From an uncultured Candidatus Rokubacteria bacterium (GTDB lineage Bacteria > Methylomirabilota > Methylomirabilia > Rokubacteriales > CSP1-6), in NCBI GenBank assembly GCA_963789955.1, contig CAWBMV010000006.1, forward strand, positions 96,001 to 160,000: DNA of 64,000 bases, written 5' to 3'. The notes beneath the pieces were generated by a model that was not told where the DNA came from, made no database searches, and saw only the letters and a program-made list of their open reading frames with translations. Positions 9,065-19,717 of this stretch are shown here, piece after piece. The position numbers were made by a program, and so were the translations under genes. Within the stretch, counting starts at the first letter, position 1, and every line of letters begins with the position of its first letter.

Positions 9065-11956
9065 GTGAACGACCTCGAACGCGAGCTGGGCAAGGCCATC
9101 CGCGGCAACGTCCGCTTCGACGCCGGCTCCCGCCTCCTCTACTCGACCGACGCGTCCATGTACCAGATGGAGCCGGTCGGTGTCGTGATCCCGCGCGACG
9201 CCGATGACGTGCAAGCGGCCATCGAGACCGCGGCCCGCCACAAGGTCGCGATCCTGCCCCGGGGCGGCGGGACCTCGCTGACCGGCCAGACCGTCAACCG
9301 CGCGCTCGTCCTCGATTTCTCGCGCTACATGGACCAGGTGCTCGAGGTGAACGCCGAGGAGCTGTGGGCGCGCGTGCAGCCCGGGCTCGTGCAGGACAAC
9401 CTGAATCACCACGTGCGAGGCGCTGGGGCTCGGCTTCGGCCCGGACACCTCGACGTCCAATCGCGCCACCCTGGGCGGCATGCTCGGCAATAACTCGGGC
9501 GGTTCGCACTCGATCGCGTACGGCCTCACCGTCGAGCACGTGATCGAGCTGACGACCGTGCTCGCCGACGGTTCGCGCGCGGTATTCGGCGAGGTCACCC
9601 CCGACGAGTTCGCGGCCAAGTGCCGGGCGCCGGGGCTCGAGGGTCAGATCTACCGCGAGGTGGCGCGGATCCGCGACACGTACGCGGACGAGATCCAGGC
9701 GAAGTATCCGGCGCACTGGCGCCGGGTCTCCGGCTACAACCTGAACGAGCTCGTGCCCGCGATCGGCCGGCGGCATGCCACGAACGGCAAGCCGCTCAAC
9801 ATGGCGAGACTGATCGTCGGCTCCGAAGGCACGTTCCTGACCGTGGTCGAGGCGAAGATGCGCCTGATCCGCCGGCCGAAGAAGACGGCGGTCGAGGTGA
9901 TCCACTACCGGGAGATCCAGGAAGCGCTCGAGTCCTCGACGTCGATCTTGGAGACGGGCCCCTACGCGGTCGAGCTGACCGACAAGATGATCCTCGACCT
10001 CGCCCGGAACAACATCGAGCAGTCGCAACGGATGGGGTTCGTCCACGGCGACCCGGGCGCGATCATGATCGTCGAGTACGCGGGCGAGACCGACGCCGAG
10101 GTGCGCGCCAAGATCGAGGCGCTCGATGCGCGCCGCCAGCGCGAGCGATTCGGCTACACCGCGCACGTGGCCCACGACGCGGCCGAGCAGGCCTCGATCT
10201 GGAAGCTGCGGAAGGCCGGGCTCGGGCTCCTGCTCGGGATGAAGGGCGACAAGAAGCCGATCGCGTTCGTCGAGGACACGGCGGTCGCGCCCCAGCACCT
10301 GGCCGAGTTCGTGAGCCGCTTCCGCGAGATCTTCGCCAAGCACGACACCGAGGGCGCCTACTACGGCCACTGCTCGGTCGGCTGCCTGCACATCCGCCCG
10401 GTCATCGATCTGAAAACCCCGCGCGGGCTCGAGCAGGTGAAGGCGATCGCCGACGAGATCACCGATCTGGTCGTGAGATTCAACGGGACGATCTCGAGCG
10501 AGCACGGCGACGGCCGGGCGCGCAGCCCCTTCCTCGAGCGCATGTACGGCCCGCGCATCATGCAGGCCTTCCGCGAGCTCAAGCGCGCCTTCGACCCCGA
10601 CAACCGGATGAATCCCGGCAACATCGTCGCGCCCGCCGGCGTCACCGACCACCTGCGCTACGGCACGCAGTACACGACGTGGGAGCCGAAGACCTTGCTC
10701 GACTTCTCCGAGCAGGGCGGGTTCGCGGCCTCGATCGAAATGTGCAACGGCGTCGGCGCCTGCCGCAAGACGCTCGAGGGCACGATGTGCCCGTCGTACA
10801 TGGCGACGAAGGACGAGGAGCACTCGACTCGCGGGCGCGCCAACGCGCTGCGCGCCGTGCTCTCCGGGCGCCTGCCGGCCAAGGAGTTCACGGGGCGCCG
10901 CCTGTACGAGGTGATGGACCTCTGTCTCGAGTGCAAAGGCTGCAAAGCCGAGTGCCCGTCGAACGTGGACATGGCGAAGCTCAAGTACGAGTTTCTCCAC
11001 CACTACTACCAGGCGAACGGCCTGCCGCTGCGCAACCGCCTGTTCGGACGCATCGCGCGGATGAATCACCTGGGCGCTCGGGCGCCCGGGCTCGTGAACT
11101 GGATCTCGACGCTCGCGCCCAGCCGCTGGGTGCTCGAAAAGGTCGCGGGCATCGACCGGCGGCGGCCGCTGCCGTCGCTGGCGCGCGCAGACGTTCACCG
11201 ACTGGTTCGCGCGGCGCACGCCGCCGTCCGCGGCGCCGCGCGGCGAGGTCGTGCTGTTCAACGACACGTTCACCACGTACAACGTGCCGGAGATCGCGCG
11301 CGCCGCCGTCGCGGTGCTGGAAGCGGCCGGCTATCGAGTCGTGCTGATCGACCGCAAGTGCTGTGGGCGTCCGCTGATCTCCAAGGGCATGCTCGCCGAG
11401 GCGCGCGAGCACGCCGCCTGGAACGTCGAGCGCCTGGCGCCCTACGCGCGGCGCGGCGTCCCGATCGTCGGGCTCGAGCCCTCGTGTCTTCTGACCCTGC
11501 GTGACGAGACGGTCGAGCTCGTCCGCACGGACGACGCGCGGGCGGTGGCCCGGCAGTCGTTCCTGTTCGAGGAGTTCCTGGTCCGCGAGCGCGGCCGCGG
11601 CCTCGAGCTTTCGTTCCGCGAGAACGGCAGGAACGGCGCTGCTCCACGGGCACTGCCACCAGAAGGCGCTCGTCGGCACGGCGCCCACCGTCGCGGCGCT
11701 CCGCTGGGCGGGATTCGAGGTCCAGGAGATCGACTCGGGCTGCTGCGGGATGGCCGGCTCGTTCGGCTTCGAGCGCGAACACTACGACATCTCGGTCGCG
11801 CTCGGCAACCGCCGGCTGGCGCCCGCCGTGAAGGCCGCCGCCGCGGAGACCGAGATCGTCGCGCCCGGGATCTCGTGCCGCCAGCAGATCCAGCATCTGG
11901 CCGGCCGCCGGGCCAAGCATCCGGCCGAAGTCCTGCACGAGTCGCTCTCGCGTTAG
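9065..11956 (+). CDS. FAD-binding/Fe-S oxidoreductase (YdiJ/D-2-hydroxyacid dehydrogenase type); frameshifts near 9415, 11185 and 11625
   Basis: YSTDAS, PRGGGTSL, GSEGT, SEHGDG, CNGVGAC, CLECKGCKAECP, CCGRP, HGHCHQ and CCGMAGSFG spread over four frames. Confidence 0.9.
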
Positions 11957-12687
11957 TCCTCGCCTCGATCGCCGCCGTTCTGCTGGCCGCCGTCGTCAAG
12001 GGCGCGATCGGCTTCGGGTTTCCCACCCTGGGAACGCCGCTCCTGGCGCTCGCGGTCGACGTCAAGACGGCCGTGGCGCTCCTGGTCATCCCGAATCTCG
12101 TGATGGACGGCCTCCAGCTGCGCCGGAGCGGCCCGATCGGCGATGCCCCACGCCGGCTGGCGCCGCTCCTGGTCTTCACGATGATCGGCACGGTCATCGG
12201 TACGAAGCTGCTCGTCATGCTCTCGCCCCGGACGGCCACCCTGCTGCTCGGCGGCTTCATCCTGGGCTACGTGCTGCTCGATCTCGCGCGGTTCTCCCCG
12301 CGGGTACCCAAGAGCTGGGAGCTCAGGCTCGCGGCCCCGGTCGGGCTCGCGGCCGGCATCATGGGCGGCATCACCAACGCCCCCGGCACGGCGATCGCGC
12401 TCTACTTCGTCGCGCTGGGGATGGAGAAGCGGGAATTCGTCCGCTCGATCGCCTTCACGTTTCTGGTGGTGAAGACGGTGCAGCTCGTGACGCTCGTCTG
12501 GTACGGCCTGCTCGACTGGTACCTGGTCGGCGTCTCGCTCGGGCTGGCCGTGACGGGCCTGGCCGGCTTCTGGCTCGGCTTGAAGCTTCAGGACCGGCTG
12601 GACCAGCGCTCCTTCAGCCGGGCGGTGCTGGTGTTCCTGGCCGTGCTCGGGGTGTGGCTGGTGGCGCGGGCGCTACGGGCGGGCTAG
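11953..12687 (+). CDS. TauE/SafE sulfite exporter family membrane protein (start uncertain)
   Basis: KGAIGFGF, GIMGGITNAPG, multiple TM segments; no canonical start codon near the 5' end. Confidence 0.82.
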   Translation, partial: LVLASIAAVLLAAVVKGAIGFGFPTLGTPLLALAVDVKTAVALLVIPNLVMDGLQLRRSGPIGDAPRRLAPLLVFTMIGTVIGTKLLVMLSPRTATLLLGGFILGYVLLDLARFSPRVPKSWELRLAAPVGLAAGIMGGITNAPGTAIALYFVALGMEKREFVRSIAFTFLVVKTVQLVTLVWYGLLDWYLVGVSLGLAVTGLAGFWLGLKLQDRLDQRSFSRAVLVFLAVLGVWLVARALRAG

Positions 12688-13181
12688 GGCTGGGCGCCGG
12701 TCAGGAGCGAGAAGATCCGGCGAATCAGCTCCTCGTGGTCCTCGATGTTGTGCTGGAAGATCCGCAGCTCCTTCAGCTCGACGAGGTCCACGGTGCGGAA
12801 GGCCTCGCCCGGGCGCATCGAGCCGAAGGCGATGGCCTGGAAGCACGAGCGGCCGGCCTCGGGCCGGTCCGTCACCAGGATGAAGTAGAGGTTCGGCCAC
12901 TGCCGGCGGGCCATGTAGAAGATCGACCGCTCGCCCCGCTGGTTCTCGACCGACACGAACTGGTAGGCCGACGGCCGATACTTCACCTCGACCAGGAACT
13001 CCCCAGCCGCGTTCTCACCATCCGCCTCGGAAGTGACGCGAAAGTCGGGGGAAAAGTCCTCGCGGCCGAAGCGCAGAGGGGAGGTGTTGTTGCGGAACGG
13101 CCGGATCTGGTAGCGGGCGCGGCGGAAGATAGACTCCACCAGGGCTTCAGCAATACGGCTTTTGACCTCGAGCAGATCCAT
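12684..13181 (-). CDS. Hypothetical protein with PD-(D/E)xK nuclease-like motif
   Basis: AEALV...SPDF...LVEVKY; SD GGGAGG upstream of ATG 13181. Confidence 0.65.
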   Translation of the reverse strand: MDLLEVKSRIAEALVESIFRRARYQIRPFRNNTSPLRFGREDFSPDFRVTSEADGENAAGEFLVEVKYRPSAYQFVSVENQRGERSIFYMARRQWPNLYFILVTDRPEAGRSCFQAIAFGSMRPGEAFRTVDLVELKELRIFQHNIEDHEELIRRIFSLLTGAQP

Positions 13182-13302
13182 GAGCCTCCCCGGACCGGGA
13201 AGAAGCGCTGAAACCCGCGCCGATGTGGCGCAGTTACATAGTATCATCCGCCGGGGTCTCGCCCCGAAGCCCTAAGTCACGACCTATACCAAGGAGGTAG
13301 CA

Positions 13303-14133
13303 ATGCTCACTCGACGCCAGATGATCGCCACCACCGGCACGTTCGCCGGATATGCCGTCGCCGTCGACAAGGTGCTGGCCCAGGCGATCAAGACCGACAC
13401 CGACGGGATCGTCGCGGGCGACCAGGTCGTCAAGATGGGGAGCTACGAGCTGCCCGTCTACGAGGCACGCCCGGCGTCGGGCAAAGATACCCCGATCGTG
13501 CTCGTGATCTCCGAGATCTGGGGCGTCCACGAGTACATTCGCGACTGCACCCGGCGGTTTGCCAAGGCCGGCTATTGCGCGGTCGCCCCCGAGCTCTTCA
13601 AGCGGGAGGGCGGGGTGGGGCAGATTCCCAACGTTCAGGACATCCTGAAGATCGTCCTCGCCCAGAAGCGCGAGCAAACCTTAGGGGATCTCAAGGCGAC
13701 CGTGGACTGGGCCAAGACTCGACCGAACGTGAAGGCGTCGAGCGTCGGCGTGACGGGGTGGTGCTGGGGCGGATCGACCGTCTATCAGGAGGCGGCGACC
13801 AACCACGACATCAAGGGCGCGGTCGCGTGGTATGGGCCGCCGGCGCGCCCCTATCAGGGGGCTTCTGGTCCGGTGACCGGATTCGATCTCGCGAAGGACA
13901 TTCACTGTCCGTTCCTCGGGCTCTACGGCGAGACCGATCAGAACCCGAAGCCCGAAGACGCCAAGAAGATGGGTGAGCTCCTGAAGCAGCACAACAAGAA
14001 CGTCGAGGTCGTCATCTATCCGGGCGCGGGGCACGGCTTCTTCGCGGACTACCGGCCGTCGTACAACGCCGCCGCCGCGCAGGACGCCTGGAAGCGCTGC
14101 ACGGACTTCTTCGCGAAGCACCTGCACGCGTAG
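13303..14133 (+). CDS. Dienelactone hydrolase family protein, Tat-type signal
   Basis: EIWGV, GWCWGG nucleophile, YPGAGHGF; TRRQMI; SD AAGGAGG. Confidence 0.93.
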   Translation: MLTRRQMIATTGTFAGYAVAVDKVLAQAIKTDTDGIVAGDQVVKMGSYELPVYEARPASGKDTPIVLVISEIWGVHEYIRDCTRRFAKAGYCAVAPELFKREGGVGQIPNVQDILKIVLAQKREQTLGDLKATVDWAKTRPNVKASSVGVTGWCWGGSTVYQEAATNHDIKGAVAWYGPPARPYQGASGPVTGFDLAKDIHCPFLGLYGETDQNPKPEDAKKMGELLKQHNKNVEVVIYPGAGHGFFADYRPSYNAAAAQDAWKRCTDFFAKHLHA

Positions 14134-14147
14134 CGCCGCCGAGACCG

Positions 14148-14379
14148 CTACGCGGCGGCCGACACGACCAGCGCCCGGACCGGACGAGTCGAGCCGGCCC
14201 GGGCGCCGGCGTGAGCACCGCGATCGAGCCACGCGGCGAGTGGATAGGACACCGCGTTCCCGCAGCGCGGGCACGGCGCGCCGGCCGATGCGTCGAACAC
14301 CGTGTTGCAGTCGAGCTCGACGCAGAGGGCCGCCGACACCAAGGCTGAATGCCGGCCGGTCTATCGAGTCGCGGATCAC
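14148..14379 (-). CDS. Small Cys-rich zinc-ribbon-like protein (probable frameshift near 14342)
   Basis: LCVELDC...CPRCG...YPLAAWLDR; probable GTG start overlaps the upstream gene stop. Confidence 0.55.
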
Positions 14380-15432
14380 CGTCGTCTCCCACCGTCTACG
14401 ACACGAGCCTCGAGCACAGCGGCCAGGGTATTGGCCGTCTTGCGCCCCGGTGTCAGCCACATTGGGCGAACAGGCAGCTTGCTCGCGATGCCCACCACGC
14501 GCCGCGGCGTGCCCAGGTCCGACCAGGTGACATCGGGCAGGCGCGAGACGCCGAGCCAGCTCGGGCAGCGCTCCAGAACTCCACGGGAGAAGTCGGAGCT
14601 CGGTATCAGCGAATAGGCCTGGCGGACGGCCCATCCTTCGTGGCGGCTTCCCGAGAACGCGGCGATGAGATTCAGCCGGTCGTCGACGTCGGGCAGGTAC
14701 TCGTGCCCGGCATCGAGCAAGGTCGGCAAGGTGGTCACGAACGCGAAGGTGTTCCAGAGCCAGCCGCTCGACATGCACCGCTCGGCGCTCTCGGGCTCGG
14801 GCTTCTCGAGGAAGCCCTGGACGCGACAGATCGGCCCATCGCTCGTCTCGCCCAGCGCGGTGCCGGGCCGTACCCAGCCGTATTCGGGCTCGGGCGCCGT
14901 CGGCCGTGCGCCGAGCAGAACGAGACGCTCGGGATGACGCTCGACGAAGGCGCTCACCTCGCTGACGTGGGCGAGGAACGCGTCCTCCTCGCGGATGTAG
15001 TGATCGGACGGAAAGACGGCGACGACCGCCTCGGGATCGAGCCGGCGAATCGTATGGGCGGCGAAGAGCACGGCGGTGCCGGTGCCGCGATTCTCCGGCT
15101 GCAGGAGCACGTGCGGCGCCGCGACGTCGCACAGCTCGCGGTCGAGGTACCGGGAGTGATCGTACTGGCTCACGACCAGGGTGCGCTCGGGGGGCACGAG
15201 ACGCCCCACGCGCTCCAGGGTCTGCTTGAGGAGCGAGGATGGGCCGAGCAGCGGCACGTATTGCTTGGGCCGGTCCTGCGCCGAACAGGCGCTGCACGAG
15301 CGGCCTGAGCCGGCTGCCCTCGCCACCGGCGAGCACGATGGCCCAGGTCCTGGAATCGGCGCGCGCCGCGCGATCGACCGCGAGCCTCAGATCTGGAAGG
15401 GATTCGAGTGCTACAGCGCCCGTCTTGCCCAT
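14376..15432 (-). CDS. Mannose-1-phosphate guanylyltransferase-like nucleotidyltransferase (frameshift near 15275)
   Basis: IVLAGGEGSRL, RPKQY, QPENRGTG, FPSDH, EYGW, FLEKP, WSDLGTP. Confidence 0.88.
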
Positions 15433-15609
15433 CACGTCTTCCCCCTCGTGCACCCCCGGCGAGTCGGTGAGGCATCACCACGCGAGCCCGGGGCTCGCGC
15501 ACCCATCTGCGAGGATTTGCCAGCGGGGCGGAGGGAACAATCGGGGAAACCACCTGAATGGCCAATCCGGAAGACCGGACCGCCGGACGACCGGCCGGAA
15601 GGCGACGAC

Positions 15610-16275
15610 TCAGACGACGGCGAAGAATCGGGCGGGCGCGCCCTCCGTGCCGGCGATCTTGTAGAAGGGCGCGGCGAAATCCACACGACGGCGCGGCAAT
15701 GCGCCGAGGTTCGTCAGACCCTCCATGATCACGACCCCGGCACCCAGGATCACCCGGTGCATCGGAAAGTCCTCGGACGAAAAGTCCGGCAGGCGGGCGC
15801 AGTACTCCTCGAAGAAGTCGAAGCCGATGTTCTTGGCACCCCGAGCCACCAGCCACTCCGCGGACTCCGGCGGGAAGTACGGCGACTGGGTGAAGTAGTC
15901 GGGCCACCGGCCGTACATCTTGTCGGTCCAGTCGGTGCGCAGGAGCACGATGTCGCCGTGCCGCACATCGTCGGCACCGCCGCGCTTGAGATCGTCGATC
16001 GTGATCGCGTGGTTCGCCCCCGCGAACGAGAGGTCGACCACCACGGCCTCCCCCATCACCTGGTCGAGCGCGATCTCGGCGGTCGTGATGCCGTCCTTGA
16101 AGACGTGCAGCGGCGAGTCGATGTGCGCGCCGGTGTGAAGGCTCTGGTTCACGCTCGAGACCTGCCAGAAGCCGGGCCCGCGGCGATGCGGCGTGATCTC
16201 GAGCCGCATGTTGGTGGACGGCGGCGAGAGCGTCGCGTTGTCGACGGTGACCGACAGGTCGATATAGCGCTTCAC
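15610..16275 (-). CDS. Cyclase family protein (kynurenine formamidase-like)
   Basis: HTGAHIDSPLH motif, HRVILG, GAPARFFA. Confidence 0.92.
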   Translation of the reverse strand: MKRYIDLSVTVDNATLSPPSTNMRLEITPHRRGPGFWQVSSVNQSLHTGAHIDSPLHVFKDGITTAEIALDQVMGEAVVVDLSFAGANHAITIDDLKRGGADDVRHGDIVLLRTDWTDKMYGRWPDYFTQSPYFPPESAEWLVARGAKNIGFDFFEEYCARLPDFSSEDFPMHRVILGAGVVIMEGLTNLGALPRRRVDFAAPFYKIAGTEGAPARFFAVV

Positions 16276-17663
16276 GAGCGACCCTCCTGTCCCTGACTCA
16301 GGCGATCCACGAGGCTCCGGGCCCAGGCCATCTTCTCGGCCGACATCACGAGCTTCTCGGCAAACGGCTGACCGAAGGGGCGGGTGGCATCGATGCCCAG
16401 CTTGGCGGTGACGCCGCGCTCGTCGGCGCTGGGGTCGAGCATGGCGCCGAGGCTGCCCGCGATCACGACGAGGTCGCGGTCGGCCTGCATCCGGGTCGCG
16501 ACCGCCCAGAGCACCTCCGATTCGTCGAAGACGTCGATGTCGTCGTCGACGACGATCACGAGCTTCAGGTAGTGGTCCACGCCGAGTACGATCGGGATCA
16601 CGTGCTTGGCCTCGCCGGGGCGGCCCTGCGCGATGGACACGTAGGCGGTGAACGACGAGGTGCCCGAGAGCGGCACGTGCACGCCGCGCACGTTCGGGAT
16701 GACGCGGCCGAGCGCGTTGGCGATCTCGGCTTCGCGGATCAGCCCGAGCGTCGTGATGTGGTCGCCCGCGCGGCCGGAGCCGATCGACTGGAACCAGGGA
16801 CGCTCGCGCATCGCCACGGCCTTCGCCACGAACACGTGCTCGGTCGAGCGACGGGAGACATAGCCGGTGAACTCGCCGAACGGCCCCTCGGGCTCGCGCA
16901 CTCCGGGCAAGATCTCGCCCTCGATGACGATCTCGGCCGACGCCGGCACGTGCAGATCGATGGTCCCGCAGGGCGCGACCTGGAGCGGCTCGCCGAGCAG
17001 ACCGCCCACGACCTCGAACTTGCCGACGTCCGCCGGCGGGTACGCGAGCGAGCCCATCGACACGAGCGGGTGCAGACCGAGCACGATCGCGCACGGGAGC
17101 GCGCGTCCCTTGGCTTCCGCGCGGCGCTGGTACTCGAACATCCGCCGCCGCGAGTGCAGGCTCACGCCCATGCGATCGCGGCCCTTCAGCTGGAAACGGT
17201 GATAGCCCTCGGTCTCGACGCCGGTGTCCGGGTCGCGCGCGACCAGCATGCCGGCGGTGAGGTAGCGCCCGGCGTCGCCGGGAAAGTAGCGCGGGATGGG
17301 CAGCCGCGTCAGGTCCAGGGAAGGCCCGGTGAGCACGCGATGGCGAAACGGGGGATCGGGCACGACGACCGGCTTCACGTGGTCCTTGATGCGGCGCGCG
17401 TACTCGGCAGCGACGCCGCGCTCGTCGACCCCGAGCGCGAAGGCGAGCGCCCGGCGGCTCGCCACGACGTTGCAGACGATGGGGATGTCGTGGCCGGCGA
17501 CCCGGTCGAAGAAGAGGATCGGGTAGCGACGGCGGCGCTCGTACTCGAGGACGAGCGCCATCACGTCCTCTTCCAAGGTGACCGGCTCGGTCACGCGGAT
17601 CACCTCGCCCGGGTGAGCCCGCTCGTAGTCGGCGACGAAGCTCCGGAGGTCCTGATCGGCCAT
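16272..17663 (-). CDS. UbiD family (prFMN-dependent) decarboxylase
   Basis: DAGRY, YHR, EGPFGEFTGY, VDDDIDV, KLGIDAT. Confidence 0.95.
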   Translation of the reverse strand: MADQDLRSFVADYERAHPGEVIRVTEPVTLEEDVMALVLEYERRRRYPILFFDRVAGHDIPIVCNVVASRRALAFALGVDERGVAAEYARRIKDHVKPVVVPDPPFRHRVLTGPSLDLTRLPIPRYFPGDAGRYLTAGMLVARDPDTGVETEGYHRFQLKGRDRMGVSLHSRRRMFEYQRRAEAKGRALPCAIVLGLHPLVSMGSLAYPPADVGKFEVVGGLLGEPLQVAPCGTIDLHVPASAEIVIEGEILPGVREPEGPFGEFTGYVSRRSTEHVFVAKAVAMRERPWFQSIGSGRAGDHITTLGLIREAEIANALGRVIPNVRGVHVPLSGTSSFTAYVSIAQGRPGEAKHVIPIVLGVDHYLKLVIVVDDDIDVFDESEVLWAVATRMQADRDLVVIAGSLGAMLDPSADERGVTAKLGIDATRPFGQPFAEKLVMSAEKMAWARSLVDRLSQGQEGRS

Positions 17664-17690
17664 GGCAGTCGATCCTACCCCGAGACGGCC

Positions 17691-18795
17691 TCAGAAGTGG
17701 AAGTGCGTGCCGATGCCGAAGTACTGCACCTTGTCCTTGTAGAACTGGCCGTTCGGCGAGTGGCCGTTGAAGTACTCGAGCAGGATCTGCAGCTTGCGCG
17801 TCAGCAGCACGCCGTCGATCTCGATCCCGGCGCGGGCCGAGATGTCCGCGTTCCAGTCGTTCTCTTCGTGCTGCTTGACGTCGACCGCCGCGATGGGCCG
17901 CCACCGCGACTGGCGCGAGGGCCACGGGCTCGTGAGCTCGAGCCCGTACTGCACCCACAACGGATCGAGGTTCGACGGCGTCTGGCCGAACAGGTAGCCG
18001 ACGCCCGCGTACGGCCGGACCACGTCGGCGAACTCGTAGGAGAACCTGAGGTCGATCGCCCCGTAGGTGACGTTGATCCGGTTGGTCCGCGTGCGCAGCA
18101 GGAACTCGTCGCCGAGGTGGCTGCTCTGGTGGAACACGCGGAACTGGGTGCTGAAATCCTGGTAGCGAAGGCTGAGACGGAATCCCGACCATGTAGTCGG
18201 CGTTGACGAGATCGAACGAGGGCGAGTCGATGTCGAAGACCGAGAAGACGCCGGCCTGCAGACCGACCTCCCACCACGCGCTCCCGATCCGATCGCGGTA
18301 GAAGGCGAAGCTTTCGCCGAAGCTCACCGCCGCGAGGTCGCTGAAGTTCTTGTCGCCGATGTAGTGCTGCCACGACGCTCCGAAGTGCGGCCAGCGCGGG
18401 TCGGCGATCAGCGGCCGGAAGAGCAGGCCGCCCGGAAACACTCCGGTTTGCCAGTCGGTGAGAACGCGCGGGGGCTCCGCGGCGGTTGTCGTCGTCGTGA
18501 TCGACTGCGTGAGCGGCGGCACGGCGCCGGGCTCGAGCACCACCACGCGCGCGACGCCGCGGATCCGCTCGAGCTCGGCGACCACGCGGGCCCGATCGAC
18601 CGTCGCGATATCCGAGGCCGCGAGGCTGACGACCCCGTTCTCGACGCGCAACGACGGGACGGTCAGAGAGAACTCGCGCTCGAGAACGGCGGCGGCGTAC
18701 CCGGCGATGAACGAGTCGTCGCCCGGTGCCGCCGCGGCGTGCGAGACCGCGAGCAGGAGGAGCAGCATCGACACGAGCGACGTCGCGCGGAACAT
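17691..18795 (-). CDS. DUF1207-like secreted/outer-membrane protein (frameshift near 18178)
   Basis: Signal peptide, FRPLIADPRWPHF, DLVNADY, HQSSHLGDEF, GHSPNGQF, C-terminal Phe typical of beta-barrels. Confidence 0.78.
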
Positions 18796-18847
18796 GGTGA
18801 CGCCTCCGCAAGGAAAGGAACCCGCGTGGGCTCCGCGTGGTTTCGGT

Positions 18848-18877
18848 TTGACAGCCGAGTGGCCCGGCTGCTATGAA
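18848..18877 (+). promoter_or_regulatory. Sigma70-type promoter of the iclR-family gene
   Basis: Perfect TTGACA (18848-18853), 18-nt spacer, TGC-TATGAA extended -10. Confidence 0.6.
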
Positions 18878-18898
18878 GCAAGCGCTCCGCGGAATGCC

Positions 18899-18915
18899 GT
18901 TCTGCAATGCGGAAC
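18899..18915. promoter_or_regulatory. Palindromic operator, probable IclR-family site
   Basis: GTTCTGCA-A-TGCGGAAC inverted repeat with one mismatch, between the promoter and the iclR start. Confidence 0.55.
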
Positions 18916-18933
18916 AGTAGCGAGGTAGAAGAG

Positions 18934-19698
18934 ATGGCGCGCGTGCTTCGTTCGGTCAACAACGCCCTCGCTGTTCTCGAGTCGTTCAGCGTCGAGCGCC
19001 CGGAGATCGGGGTCACCGAGCTCTCTCACACGCTCGGGCTCGGAAAGAGCACCGTGCACCGGCTGCTCACGTCGCTGGCGTCGCGCGGCTACGTCCGGAA
19101 GAACCCGGACACCGAGCGGTACTGTCTCGGCTTCAAGGCCTTCGAGGTCGGCTCGCTGGTCGCCGGCCGCGGGACCATCCGCGAGATCACCGCGCCGTTC
19201 CTGAGGACCTTGATGCTGGCCACGAAGGAGACCGTGCACCTGGGCGTCCTCGACGAGTGGGAGGTCGTCTACATCGACAAGATCGAAAGCGACCATCCCC
19301 TGCAGATGTATTCGCGCATCGGACGCCGAGCTCCACTTCATTGTACGGCGCTAGGGAAGTCGCTCGCGGCCTGGGAAGCCGAGGACTGGCTCGATCGCTT
19401 CCTCAGACGACGGCTCCGTGCCTACACGCCGTCGACCCTGGTCGAGCCCGCCGACCTGCGCCGCGAGCTGCAGAAAATCCGGGCGGCTCGTTTCGCGACC
19501 GACGTGGAGGAGTTCGCGCTGGGGCTCAAGTGCGTCGCCGCGCCGCTGTTCGACCACTCTCGCAGGGTCGTGGCCTCGCTCGGTATCGCGGGTCCGGCCG
19601 TGCGCCTGACGAGCGATCGGGTGCCGCGACTCGCCTCGCTCGTCCGCGAGTCGGCGGCGGCGGCCTCGCGCGCTCTCGGCGGCGAGCTGCCGGGCTGA
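18934..19698 (+). CDS. IclR family transcriptional regulator
   Basis: HTH GLGKSTVHRLL, ETVHLGV, PLHCTALGK, CVAAP. Confidence 0.95.
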   Translation: MARVLRSVNNALAVLESFSVERPEIGVTELSHTLGLGKSTVHRLLTSLASRGYVRKNPDTERYCLGFKAFEVGSLVAGRGTIREITAPFLRTLMLATKETVHLGVLDEWEVVYIDKIESDHPLQMYSRIGRRAPLHCTALGKSLAAWEAEDWLDRFLRRRLRAYTPSTLVEPADLRRELQKIRAARFATDVEEFALGLKCVAAPLFDHSRRVVASLGIAGPAVRLTSDRVPRLASLVRESAAAASRALGGELPG

Positions 19699-19717
19699 CG
19701 GGAGGCGACGCCGGGAG

